A DNA stretch of 64,000 bases from an uncultured archaeon (GCA_964347045.1 CAYFXC010000009.1:32001-96000); one strand, 5' to 3'; positions 1-10,035 are shown, counted from the first letter of the stretch. Notes: generated from the letters alone by a model not told the origin. Made by a program: numbers and translations.

Positions 1-273
1 GCACTATTTGCGTCAGAGCGATTGATAGAGAAGGGCACTGATTTACCAGAAGCAGATGTGGGAATCTATTATGGGACAACCTTGTCACTAGCTCGGTACG
101 AACAAAGTTTGGGGCGAATCCGTAGTAATGTGCAAACCATCAAAACGCTGTATACTTTGAGTTATGATCAGACTATTGAAGCGGAGAAATCGTTGAAACG
201 CGATACAATGTTCCTTGAACTCATGGGTAAACGACTGAACGCGATTAGTTCTAAGAATCGCGCAAATGGCTAG
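1..273 (+). CDS. SF2 (DEAD/DEAH, XPB/Rad25-like) helicase, C-terminal fragment (truncated by window start)
   Basis: Frame open from base 1 (ALFASERLIEKGTDLPEADVGIYY...YEQSLGRIR); GxDLP = motif V and QxxGRxR = motif VI of SF2 helicases. Confidence 0.75.
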   Translation, partial: ALFASERLIEKGTDLPEADVGIYYGTTLSLARYEQSLGRIRSNVQTIKTLYTLSYDQTIEAEKSLKRDTMFLELMGKRLNAISSKNRANG

Positions 274-369
274 AGAAAATGAATAACTAGCACAAAGGCT
301 TTGAGAGGAAGTTTCATTTAGGTCAGGAATTATATGAGACGCTGCTATTCCATTTTCTGGAGGTCTTAA

Positions 370-1644
370 ATGAAGCCTGAAGATATGCGCCGTGATTTAC
401 CAATCACCCAGCAATATATCTATCTTGATAATGCTGCGACAACTCCCGTTCCTAATCCAGTCATCGATGCAATGATCGAATACTTCGAGGAATACTGTGC
501 TAATGTCGAAAGAGGTGCCTACTCCATTGCGATAAAAGCCTCCGATGTTTGTGATGCTGCCCGCGAAGAGATAGCTAATCATTTACTACATTGTGATGTT
601 GAAGAATTCATCTTTACCAGAAATCAAACTCAAGCGGCTAACCATGTTGCATATGCCTTGGAACATCCTTTTCTCAATCGCTGGAGTACAGGCTTTAAAT
701 TTGCACCACCATTAGTAAAATGGACCTCTAAGAGTAAAATTCTGACCACGCTCATAGAACACCATTCGAATTTCTTGCCTTGGATGAGATTGGCGAAACA
801 TGTCAAAGCCCAATTCCAGACTATACCCCCCACAAAGGAAGGTCGGTTGCTCCCTGAAATGTTTGCTGAAGTTGTGGATGAAAACACAGAGTTTGTGGCT
901 TTTCAACATGCTTCAAATGCGATAGGAACTAAACATGATGTCCGTGCCATTATTAACTCAATCAAATCAGCAAATCCAAACTGCCTAGTTTTTATTGATG
1001 GCGCTCAAGCCGCAGGACACCTACCACTCGATGTTAAAGCTTTGGGATGTGATTTCTATTCTTTTTCTGGTCACAAGGGTCCTCTTGGACCACCTGGAAC
1101 AGGTGGATTATATGTCCGTGATGAACTTTTACAACGAATGGCACCAACTGAAGTTGGTGGAGGTGCAATTGCTTCTGTAACTGAAAATGATTACATGCTA
1201 CGGAGCGATCATCGGGCACGGCGGTGGGATACTGGAACACCGAATATTATAGGCTTAATCGCCTTGGGGGCATCGGTCAGATATCTAAACCGCATTGGAA
1301 TTGAACGAGTAGCGGAACATGAATACAAATTGACCAAACATCTCTTAGATGAAATTAGAGATATTCCGAATCTCATTATATATGGTCCAAAGGAGGATAT
1401 GACTTGGAAAGTAGGAGCTGTTTGTTTTAATATTAAGGGGTGGGTATCCTCTGATGTAAGTCTAGCTTTGGATTCTCAATGGCAAATCCTTACGCGTGCT
1501 GGTCACCATTGTTGTCAACCGCTAATGCAATTCCTAGGTGTAATGGATCAATTCGGTGGAAATGTTCGAGCGAGTTTTCATTATTTCAATTTACTTGAAG
1601 AAGTAGAAACTCTAATTCAAGCTCTCAAGACCTTGGCAAGATAG
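370..1644 (+). CDS. sufS: Cysteine desulfurase, SufS/group II (aminotransferase class V)
   Basis: IYLDNAATT, EHHSN, DGAQ, PLP-lysine motif FSGHK, group II catalytic RAGHHC, RASFHYFN. Confidence 0.9.
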   Translation: MKPEDMRRDLPITQQYIYLDNAATTPVPNPVIDAMIEYFEEYCANVERGAYSIAIKASDVCDAAREEIANHLLHCDVEEFIFTRNQTQAANHVAYALEHPFLNRWSTGFKFAPPLVKWTSKSKILTTLIEHHSNFLPWMRLAKHVKAQFQTIPPTKEGRLLPEMFAEVVDENTEFVAFQHASNAIGTKHDVRAIINSIKSANPNCLVFIDGAQAAGHLPLDVKALGCDFYSFSGHKGPLGPPGTGGLYVRDELLQRMAPTEVGGGAIASVTENDYMLRSDHRARRWDTGTPNIIGLIALGASVRYLNRIGIERVAEHEYKLTKHLLDEIRDIPNLIIYGPKEDMTWKVGAVCFNIKGWVSSDVSLALDSQWQILTRAGHHCCQPLMQFLGVMDQFGGNVRASFHYFNLLEEVETLIQALKTLAR

Positions 1645-1658
1645 GTTCATCACTAAGA

Positions 1659-2403
1659 TTACCTTCCCTCACAAACTGGACAATCTTCACGAGGTGTAAT
1701 GGGGAATTGTTCAAATCTACGATTATTGAAATCAATAAATAAGAGATGACCTACGCACCATGCTGGTAATCCTAAAAGAATCCGGAGCACTTCATGGACT
1801 TGAATATTGTTCACAACTTCAAGAAGGGTTTGATAGACTCTAACGGTTTCACATGTTGGTTGTTTTGAATCATTCACGCCACTATAAACACACTCTACAC
1901 ATGTGGTTTTACCTGGTAAAATTGTAGTCAGATTTCCCGTAGCTCCTAAAGCTCCGCAAGGACATATGGGACTTCCTTTCTACCGCAGGCTGCATTAAGG
2001 AGATTCCGTGGTATGAACTAATCCAGGCCATTAACAACACCGTCCATGCCTTAATTATGTCATCAACAGTATCATCTGAGAGTTGAAAATCAATAGGTTC
2101 AATTTGCATGTTCGAATTCAAAAACTGCAGTCGTTGAGCGGCAAGGTTAATCCTAGGTTTTCCAATGTTTTTCTCTCGATAAAGAAATTGGCTTTGGAGG
2201 TTTGATGCCTCAACAATATCTGAATCTACAATTCGAAGGAATTTTTCACCTAACGTTACAAGTTTAGTTGAGGAGCTGCTTCTCAAACCACTAATTCCGA
2301 CAAATAAATCCATAGCGTTTCCGGATTTTTTGTAATCCTTTTCTCCGATTTCACTGAGTACAACAAAACGTGAATAGCGGTTAAGGATAGCTGGTATTGA
2401 TAG
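1659..2403 (-). pseudogene. Degraded ThiF/MoeB/E1-like adenylyltransferase
   Basis: Minus strand reads NRYSRFVVLSEIGEK...VGISGL (decayed GxGGLG)...IVDSDIVEASNLQSQFLY...IGKPR, then after frameshifts GMDGVVNGLD*FIPRNLLNAAC, GNLTTILPGKTTCVECL and PTCETV...REDCPVC; at least 3 frameshifts and 1 in-frame stop. Confidence 0.85.
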
Positions 2404-2417
2404 CTCTCCGAGAAGGG

Positions 2418-4094
2418 CTAGAGGGCTGCCTTCTGTTTTGCTTCTTCAAAAAGCTGTCTCCCATTTTTTGTGACCTCTATGTTAGCTGAAGGGAGACCTC
2501 GTCCTGCCGTTCTGTGTATAGTCACAAGCTCCTCCTCTTGGAGGTCGAGGAAGAATTTGTCTAACCATGCTGCCAAAGAAATCCCAAGTGAGGGACTAAA
2601 TCCAAGTTCTTTTGCGGAAACAATGTACTTACCCTCAACAATCTTGGTCGCAAACGCTGTTAAAACAATATAGTGTTGGTCTTTCTTGAGGAGTATATCC
2701 TGAATTTGGCTCCGCGCTTCTAACGCTTGAAGTCGATCCCGAACCTCAGCAAACCGCGCAAAATCTTCTTTCATTTTTTCAAGTTCAATTTGAGTCTTCT
2801 CAAGTTGTTTTTCTAGATTTTCTTTTTCTTTACTTAGTGTATCACGATCTTCAGAAACTGCCCTAAGACCTTTTTGCTCTTCTTCCAGCTCTGAAATCTT
2901 TACTTCCTGAGTTTCTTTCAGGCTAGACAATTCTTCGAGCTGGGACTCAAGTTTTGCAATCTGCTTTGAAGCTTCAGCCGTTTCCTTTTTAGCCGCTTTC
3001 AATTCCTCTTGCATTTCAGCAAATTGCTCTGTATCTACTTCTGCCTGTGCTTTTATTTCTTCAAGGCTCTCTACAGACTGTTTTAATGCCACAACGTCTT
3101 TTTGCGCAGTCTGAAGTTTAGTCTCTGATGTTTGGAGCTTCTCAGTTGATGCCTGGAGTTGCTGTTCTGCTACAGCATATTTCTCTTCCAAAGTCTTAGA
3201 TTTCGCTTCAAAATCTTGAAGTTGAGCACGGGCAGCATTCCTTTCAGATTCCATCTGCTGCAAATTGGTTTTCACTTCTTCCAGATTCGAGGATAATGAT
3301 GTTGCTTCCCTTTTTACTGCTAATTCAGCTTCACGGGCTTGCTGAAGCTCGGTTGTTATCGATTTTACTTGATCCTCAAGTTTCTTCTTTGAAGCAGATG
3401 CGGCTGCCGTAGCTGTTGCAGCAGCTGCTGTTGCAGCAGCTAGCTTCGCGTTTACTTCATCAACTTGCTTCACTGCGGCATTCCGTTCAATAACTGCTTT
3501 TTTACTTTCTTCTTGAACTTTGAGTAGTTCTGCTTCCGCTTGTTTGAGAGACTCTGATAACTGCTTGTTCGTTTCCCGTAGTTTGTCAATTCGGCGAGCA
3601 TCTCTTGTTGATCTTGATTGCATTTGCTTCTCTAAATCTGCAATCTTCACGCGGGCATCCGCCAACTCTTTCTCCAGTTCTTCACGAGTTTTTTGAGACG
3701 CCGCAATCTCATCTTGTAGACGTTTTCGAAGTTCCTCACGCTCAGACTCAGTCATCGAAGCCAAAGCACTTAATTCATTAGCAGCTCCTGACAACCCTGC
3801 TTTTGCCTGTGTAATTTCTTGAATCTTTGCCCGAGCCTGTTCGCTAAATCGTTTCGATTCTGAGGTAACGCCTTCCCGAACATCATTGACAATTGGTCCA
3901 CTTAAGCGTCCAAAACCAATCTGTTCCATACGCTGTTCTACACGATCAGCAATCATCATGAGGCTGCGCTGAAGATCTCGAACAAGAACATCGAAGGCAT
4001 CGACAAGTGAAGTAGTTAATGCTTCGATTTGGCGTTTGAGCTCTTCTGAGCGTTGGGCTTTATCTGGAGCTTCTTGCATCATTTTTTTCACCAT
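2418..4094 (-). CDS. Long coiled-coil protein with small C-terminal globular (winged-helix-like) domain
   Basis: About 400 aa of E/K/Q/A/L heptads with almost no Pro or Gly; C-terminal LQEEELVTIH...IEVTKNGRQLFE resembles a wHTH wing plus final helix; no Walker motifs. Confidence 0.8.
   Translation of the reverse strand: MVKKMMQEAPDKAQRSEELKRQIEALTTSLVDAFDVLVRDLQRSLMMIADRVEQRMEQIGFGRLSGPIVNDVREGVTSESKRFSEQARAKIQEITQAKAGLSGAANELSALASMTESEREELRKRLQDEIAASQKTREELEKELADARVKIADLEKQMQSRSTRDARRIDKLRETNKQLSESLKQAEAELLKVQEESKKAVIERNAAVKQVDEVNAKLAAATAAAATATAAASASKKKLEDQVKSITTELQQAREAELAVKREATSLSSNLEEVKTNLQQMESERNAARAQLQDFEAKSKTLEEKYAVAEQQLQASTEKLQTSETKLQTAQKDVVALKQSVESLEEIKAQAEVDTEQFAEMQEELKAAKKETAEASKQIAKLESQLEELSSLKETQEVKISELEEEQKGLRAVSEDRDTLSKEKENLEKQLEKTQIELEKMKEDFARFAEVRDRLQALEARSQIQDILLKKDQHYIVLTAFATKIVEGKYIVSAKELGFSPSLGISLAAWLDKFFLDLQEEELVTIHRTAGRGLPSANIEVTKNGRQLFEEAKQKAAL
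3398..3445 (-). repeat. Low-complexity GCN-rich tract encoding a poly-Ala/Thr stretch in the coiled coil
   Basis: gcagctgctgttgcagcagc-type repeats encoding LAAATAAAATATAAASAS. Confidence 0.7.
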
Positions 4095-4271
4095 ACTCTA
4101 GGGAGCCCTTCTAGCTCTAGTTGAGCTATCGAACCTAGATAAGGTTTGCTGCCTCTACAAAAAATGTCCTTCTGTTCCTGAAGCCTACGCAGTTCTTCTC
4201 GATATAATAAACCACAGCGTTTTTAGGCTAGCTCACCTTCGGAACAATGATCCTCCAAGGAGCTGATTACT

Positions 4272-4631
4272 ATGGAACCTGAAGATGTAATTAATATCCT
4301 CCGACGTGTACTTGATCCAGAACACCCTGTTAGCGTCATTGAGATGGGTTTAGTGAAAGAAGAAGATGTAACTATCACAGGTGACGAAATTCATATCCAA
4401 TTTTCACCAACCGTTCCTCAATGTCCAATGGGTGCTGTGATTGGTATTGTAATAAGAAAAGCAGTAGAGGATGAATTCCCAGACAATAAAGTTTTAGTCA
4501 AAGTGAAGCCTGGCACACATATGCGAGAAGAAGCTTGTAACAGAATGATCAATAATGATGAGCAATATAATTCTGCTATTGAGAAATTGAACGCTTCAGG
4601 AGCTCTAGATCGTCTTATTGTAAAAGAATAA
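4272..4631 (+). CDS. DUF59/MIP18 Fe-S assembly protein, eukaryotic CIA2/FAM96B-like
   Basis: LDPEHP, FSPTVPQCPMGAVIG, VKPGTH, CNRMINNDEQ parallel the CIA2 motifs DPEHP, FTPTIPHCSMATLIG, ITPGTH, VNKQLADKER. Confidence 0.85.
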   Translation: MEPEDVINILRRVLDPEHPVSVIEMGLVKEEDVTITGDEIHIQFSPTVPQCPMGAVIGIVIRKAVEDEFPDNKVLVKVKPGTHMREEACNRMINNDEQYNSAIEKLNASGALDRLIVKE

Positions 4632-4795
4632 GTCAATAATCAAAATACTAGGCTTCCGAATCTTTTGTATTTGCCTTGAGATAATATCAAATTCACTGCA
4701 TATAATTTGTTTTTTTCGCAATAATGCCCCCTCTTTTTTTTGGTTTGATAAAATCTTAAGAATTGAAAGCGTCTTGATTTATTTGCTGGGTAGGC

Positions 4796-5479
4796 GTGCC
4801 GAAATTGCGAGCATCGAGTCTTAAGAAGGAACCGGAATCAGTAACGGTTCCTAAGAACATGATAGACAAATTCATAAAAGCTGAGGATTTCGTTACCAAA
4901 TATTTTGATACATCTCGTCGTCTTCCCAAAGAAGGTAAATATCTTATCGGCAATCAGCGTTACATAGCTCTTCCAGCAGAATTTGTCACCGTAATGCGTG
5001 AACGGATTGCTTTGTCAGGTAGTGAGGAGCTAGCTGATTTGATTATCTATGAGGTTGCAAAGTATTTTGGGCAATTAGATGCTCGTGATTATCAACAACG
5101 GATGAATGTACAAGACCCTGTTGAGATGCTATCTGCAGGACCAATTCAATTCAGTTTTCGTGGATTTGCCCATGTGAACATTTTCCCAATTAGCAAACCA
5201 ATTCCCGATGAAAATTATCTCCTCGTCTTTGAGAATTTAAATTCTTTTGAAGTTGAAGCCTCTGTTAAGAAAAATGAACATACCCATTCTCCGCGTTGCT
5301 ATTTTAACGCAGGCTATTCAGCTGGTTGGTGCGAGGAAAGTTTTGGAATTCCCTTGCAGGTTCGCGAGATAACCTGTCAGGCCATGGGCGACTCTTCTTG
5401 CCGGTTTATAATGGCCCACAAGAACCACATTTTGAAACATATCACTAGCAGTGAAGTTGAGAAATACAAATTACTCTAA
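4796..5479 (+). CDS. V4R (XylR-N / 4-vinyl reductase) domain protein
   Basis: NSFE, CYFNAGYSAGW, VREITCQAMGDSSCRF (conserved Cys pattern of V4R). Confidence 0.85.
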   Translation: MPKLRASSLKKEPESVTVPKNMIDKFIKAEDFVTKYFDTSRRLPKEGKYLIGNQRYIALPAEFVTVMRERIALSGSEELADLIIYEVAKYFGQLDARDYQQRMNVQDPVEMLSAGPIQFSFRGFAHVNIFPISKPIPDENYLLVFENLNSFEVEASVKKNEHTHSPRCYFNAGYSAGWCEESFGIPLQVREITCQAMGDSSCRFIMAHKNHILKHITSSEVEKYKLL

Positions 5480-5568
5480 GTTACCTTTTTTTAGTCTCCC
5501 AGACAAAAAATTGCTGGAATCGTAAGTCTTTTTGACGGTTTACCCTATGCTTTGCGAGAGTTGATGAA

Positions 5569-7257
5569 ATGGGAATGATCCCTCGGATAGCTGTCCTCGC
5601 AATAATCTGTTGTTTTCTAATAGTATCAATTCCTATGCTACCTTCAATTCCCCTATTGCCATCAGATTTGTCTGCAAATCTTGTTATAAAGGAAAACGAA
5701 TTATCACAACCAACCCTCAGCACTTTCTCTATCAAGAATGCTGGAAACGTCTCATGGATTTGGGATGAGTATGCCAATGCAACTGGTCCTCTTCAAGGGG
5801 ATGACGTTCTGCACTGGGGACCAACTTTAGGACCATTCCATAATTACTCCGAGATCCTTGCTCATATTGATGATCGGGTAACAGAATTCCCTGAGTTCCT
5901 TGATGTATTCAATATTGGAGTCAGTTATCATGGATTACCAATTCCCTGTATTCAAATTACTGCTCCTGGAGATTACTCGCATCGACGGGGATTTCTTATT
6001 GTTGCACACCACCATGGTCGTGAAGCCATCACAGTTGAAAATGCTCTCTATTTTTTAGATTATATTCTTGTAAATTCCAGTCAACCAGCAGTGCAACAGA
6101 TTCTTAGCACTTTTGTATTCTATCTAATCCCAACCTTAAACCCAGATACATTAGAAATACTCCACATCAATCCTTGGCAACGAAGAAACCTACGTCCTGT
6201 CGACGATGATGGTGACGGTCTTGCAGACGAATGGGAGATACAAGACGTTAACGGAGACTATGTTGTTGACTTCTATGAGACAGAAGAGGAATGGTATTAC
6301 ACCTTTGAAGGGATAGATTTAGATGGAGATGGCAATACTGGTGAGGATAAGCCTGGAGGGGTCGACCTGAATCGTAACTATCCCATCGCCTTTGCATATG
6401 GCGTCGATGAGCCCCGTGCAGAGATCTATCATGGACAAGCGCCTTTCAGTGAACCTGAAACTCAAGCAATGCGAAATTTCACAGTACAATATTCTGAGAA
6501 TCTTGTATTTGCACTATCTTTGCATAGTGGGATTGAGGTGTTAGCAACACCATGGGGTCACACTGACGAACCAAGTCACCATGAACCCTTCTTCGCAAAT
6601 CTAGGAGCCGCTGTTGAAGCCGCTTCAGGTTATGAATGGTTGACTGCCATCCAATTATATCCCATATTTGGGTCATGGATGGATTGGATGTATGGTGAGT
6701 ACGGAATCCCCGCAGTGGGATTGGAAACCTATGGCAATGAATCTGCTTGGGGACATAGCATTTGGGACTATTTCAACCCCAGTGCTAATGAAGTACTCTC
6801 ATTCTGTGTTCGGGTCAAAGATGCAATCTTTGCGATGGTTGATGTGCTTTTAGATGAGCCCGGTGATCCAGTGATTGTTGTTCCTAGTGTAGTTTCAAGC
6901 GTGATATCCACACTTGTTTCTGTATATATCGATTCGAGTCTAAGTGGATTTGAAATTCTTTTGCTTGAGTATCGTTACGATCCTGCTAATAATTTCAATT
7001 GGATTGGAATCCCATTAATACATCAAGGAGGAAATCGATATGACGCCATGGTTCCTGCCCCATTACTTGGTGGAATTATGGAACTCCACGTTTATGGTCA
7101 AGACTTCGCAGGACATGTAATCTACTCGGATTCAGTTTCTTATTCAATATCCGCCTCGCTATTCATTGGGCTTGTCTCAATTAGTATTCTCCTCATTTTT
7201 ATCATTGTGGTCATTATAGGAATTGTAATTCGTCGACAGCTTCGTAAAAGAACCTAG
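5569..7257 (+). CDS. Membrane-anchored M14 zinc carboxypeptidase
   Basis: N-terminal signal/TM; HHGRE (HxxE), NPD, RRN, GVDLNRNY, PFSEPET, LSLHS, catalytic E in GLETY; DxDGDG Ca-binding-like insert; C-terminal TM plus basic tail. Confidence 0.9.
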   Translation: MGMIPRIAVLAIICCFLIVSIPMLPSIPLLPSDLSANLVIKENELSQPTLSTFSIKNAGNVSWIWDEYANATGPLQGDDVLHWGPTLGPFHNYSEILAHIDDRVTEFPEFLDVFNIGVSYHGLPIPCIQITAPGDYSHRRGFLIVAHHHGREAITVENALYFLDYILVNSSQPAVQQILSTFVFYLIPTLNPDTLEILHINPWQRRNLRPVDDDGDGLADEWEIQDVNGDYVVDFYETEEEWYYTFEGIDLDGDGNTGEDKPGGVDLNRNYPIAFAYGVDEPRAEIYHGQAPFSEPETQAMRNFTVQYSENLVFALSLHSGIEVLATPWGHTDEPSHHEPFFANLGAAVEAASGYEWLTAIQLYPIFGSWMDWMYGEYGIPAVGLETYGNESAWGHSIWDYFNPSANEVLSFCVRVKDAIFAMVDVLLDEPGDPVIVVPSVVSSVISTLVSVYIDSSLSGFEILLLEYRYDPANNFNWIGIPLIHQGGNRYDAMVPAPLLGGIMELHVYGQDFAGHVIYSDSVSYSISASLFIGLVSISILLIFIIVVIIGIVIRRQLRKRT

Positions 7258-7330
7258 ATACGCTTGAAAGTAAGGCTTTTTGGGTACATCTAGCCAAGAC
7301 CAAATGACTTTCTTATTAGGAGATTCATCA

Positions 7331-8794
7331 ATGACGAAACAACAAGACCAACTTATTGCAGTTGTTGACCTTGGCACAACAGGAAGCCGTTGTGTACTAT
7401 TTAATCTTCAAGGTCAGGAAATAGTCAAAGCGTACCGTGAATTTCCCACGATAACTGAGGAACCCGAGCAAGCTGAACAAGATGCCGAGGATTGGTGGCG
7501 AACCACACGGGAGTCTATGCAAGAAGCACTCAAACACAAACAAATTGATCTCAAGAAAATCGCTGCGGTCTCAGTTGTTACTCAACGAGCCACACTCGTA
7601 CCCCTAGATAAGAATAATAACCCCCTCACTCGGGCAGTTACCTGGATGGATGTACGGATTTCCCCATCAGCCGAACAGTTCGAAGCGATTGTGAAACACC
7701 GAACAAGTGTTCGACGTGCATTATGGTTTAGGGATATGCAACCCAAAATCTACAATCAGGTGCACAAATTCGCCACACCTGACGCATTCTTATATCAACG
7801 CCTAACAGGAAATCTCTCTTCTGATTTAACCAATCATAGATTCGGAATTTTAAACCTCGAAACCTTTACACTTGACAAAAAGCTAGGCGACGAATTGGAA
7901 CTACCTACTTCAATTTGGCCTGACTTGGTTCACTCTGGGTCAATCGTTGGCGAAATCTCTAGAGAAGCTTCCAAGCAAACTGGAGTACCTTCTGGAATAC
8001 CAGTTGTGGTTGGTGGAGGAGATCAACAGTGTTCGACAATCGGATTAGGTGTACTAAACAAAGGAGAAGCAAAGCTCACAACAGGTTCTGGCTCCTTCTT
8101 AGTAACACCCGTCGATGAAATCATGCAAGATCCTATGGGCATTCTTTTCATCCATCCACATGTTATACCAAAACAGTATGTCTTAGAAGGTGTTGTTCCA
8201 GGCACTGGAACAATTCTTCGTTGGTTCCGTGATGAATTTGGACACGTTGAATGTGCCGTTGCCGAACGCCTCGGAACGGATCCCTACAAATACATCGTCG
8301 CAGAAGCCGCACAAGCTCCCCCCGGATGTGATGGAATCGTTCTCTTTCCATTTTTCATCTTTGGAATTGGGCAGATCCATGGGCTGGGATTTCAACACAC
8401 ACGTGCACACATTGCCCGAGCCATTCTAGAAGGCGTAGCCTATATTACCCGGTTTTTCATTGATACGATGTCATCAATAGGTGTTGCAATAGATAATATC
8501 CGTATGGATGGAGGAGGGTCTCGGTCTCCTCTTTGGCGACAAATTCAAAGTGATATAAGTGGGAGACCAGGGATTTACACAGGTGTTGATGAAGGAACTG
8601 CTTTAGGTGCTGCGATTCTATCAGCAGTAGGGCTTAATATTTTTCCCACTGTTGAGAAAGCAATTAAGGAGATGGTACATCAACAACAAACTCATATTCC
8701 CAATCCTGATAACAATGAAGTTTATGCTCAAAACTATTCAAAATATCAACAAATCCTAATGAGTAATTTGCAAGAACTGGCAAAACACATCTAA
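7331..8794 (+). CDS. FGGY-family carbohydrate kinase (xylulo/glycerol-kinase-like)
   Basis: VDLGTTGSRC, EQDAEDWW, QRAT, TWMDVR, GGGDQQ, RAILEGVA, DGGGSRSPLWRQIQSD; ATG at 7331 preferred over the upstream TTG. Confidence 0.9.
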   Translation: MTKQQDQLIAVVDLGTTGSRCVLFNLQGQEIVKAYREFPTITEEPEQAEQDAEDWWRTTRESMQEALKHKQIDLKKIAAVSVVTQRATLVPLDKNNNPLTRAVTWMDVRISPSAEQFEAIVKHRTSVRRALWFRDMQPKIYNQVHKFATPDAFLYQRLTGNLSSDLTNHRFGILNLETFTLDKKLGDELELPTSIWPDLVHSGSIVGEISREASKQTGVPSGIPVVVGGGDQQCSTIGLGVLNKGEAKLTTGSGSFLVTPVDEIMQDPMGILFIHPHVIPKQYVLEGVVPGTGTILRWFRDEFGHVECAVAERLGTDPYKYIVAEAAQAPPGCDGIVLFPFFIFGIGQIHGLGFQHTRAHIARAILEGVAYITRFFIDTMSSIGVAIDNIRMDGGGSRSPLWRQIQSDISGRPGIYTGVDEGTALGAAILSAVGLNIFPTVEKAIKEMVHQQQTHIPNPDNNEVYAQNYSKYQQILMSNLQELAKHI

Positions 8795-8812
8795 GAATGA
8801 TGAATTGAAAAA

Positions 8813-9337
8813 ATGGATGCTCTTGAAAAAATAAAAACTAGGAAGTCAATTCGTGCATTTACAAATCAAGAAGTATCAAAAGATCAGGTTAAAACGCTAC
8901 TTAATGCAATGATCGCAAGCCCAAGTGCCGGTAATAGACAGCCATGGCGGATCTATGTTGTTCGTGATGAGACTGTTAAAAAGAACTTGGCCTCTGGTGC
9001 TTATAACCAAGAATTCATCACAGAGGCTTCAGTGGTTTTTGTAGTATGCCGCATTCCGGAAGAATCGGGTGCAAGGTAAAAAGATCGTGGACGCAACTTC
9101 TATTCTATTCAAGATACAGCAGCAATGACTCAAAACTTGTTATTGGTTGTGAATGCCTTGGGACTTAGGGCTTGTTGGGTTGGGGCATTTAATGACCAGG
9201 CCATAGCTGCAGCTATTGATTGTCCAGAAGGTGTACAACCAGCGGCAATTATACCGGTTGGTTATCCGGATGAGTTCCCTCCTTATCGCCCTCGACGATC
9301 AATCGAGTCAATTGTTCACTTTATTCCGCCAACATAG
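8813..9337 (+). pseudogene. Nitroreductase-family protein interrupted by an in-frame TAA at 9077-9079
   Basis: RKSIRAF, SPSAGNRQPW, then GAR*KDRGRNFYSIQDTAAMTQNLLL...GLRACWVGAF...IIPVGYP continues in the same frame. Confidence 0.85.
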
Positions 9338-9345
9338 AATTAGAC

Positions 9346-10035
9346 TTACATTTGTTTCTGTAAGATCAACAGGATACAGAGGGGATAGACCCAGATAATC
9401 GCAGTCACTGCGGAGATAATTTCGGGTATTGCAACACCCGTGAAAGGTAGGAAATTCAGGTAGTATGCTACCCAGATTAGTGCACTAATCAATGCTAGGA
9501 TAAATGCCATAGCACCAATTAAGCGAAGGTGTTTCTCTTGCATTAAACGAATCCCGTAGATTATTCCGGCTAACAAAAGCGTAAGGAAGAACCCTACTGA
9601 AACCACAAAATGGGTATATCCAAATCCTTCATGAAAGACCCCAATACCGATGAGGAAAAACTGGGCAATTGTCAAAAGAATCGCTGCAATTACTCCAATA
9701 ACTGAGCCTTCAAACACTTGGTGACGGATCAACCAAAAGGTTAGAATTAATACGAAAAGCCCCGCGAGTATCAAGCTGGTGTTGAAAATGGGGGCCGCAG
9801 AATTACTGGGGTGTCCTAAGTCACTGAGTGCATCAGTGAACCAATTGAACCATGGCGATAAATAAATTGCCAAGACTATTCCAATCAAAGCGGTAAATGG
9901 TCCAATTATTCCACACAATCCAGCAAACCGTGATGAAAGAATAAATTCAACAATAGGATGGCGGTCTTTTTGCTCCTTCTTTTCGGTAATAAAAATACAC
10001 CCCTCATTTTTCGATTGATTACACTTGCTAAGCAT
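9346..10035 (-). CDS. DUF998-family membrane protein
   Basis: SPWFNWFTDALSDLG, FNTSLILAG, IGVFHE...HFVVS, GVAIPE; about 6 TM segments; true start probably downstream of 10035. Confidence 0.8.
   Translation of the reverse strand: MLSKCNQSKNEGCIFITEKKEQKDRHPIVEFILSSRFAGLCGIIGPFTALIGIVLAIYLSPWFNWFTDALSDLGHPSNSAAPIFNTSLILAGLFVLILTFWLIRHQVFEGSVIGVIAAILLTIAQFFLIGIGVFHEGFGYTHFVVSVGFFLTLLLAGIIYGIRLMQEKHLRLIGAMAFILALISALIWVAYYLNFLPFTGVAIPEIISAVTAIIWVYPLCILLILQKQM

Noticed and set aside
2418-4094. SMC/Rad50 call for the coiled-coil protein
   Set aside because: No Walker A/B, signature motif, hinge or zinc hook
9077-9079. Selenocysteine or pyrrolysine readthrough in the nitroreductase
   Set aside because: The codon is TAA, not TGA or TAG, and the position corresponds to Tyr
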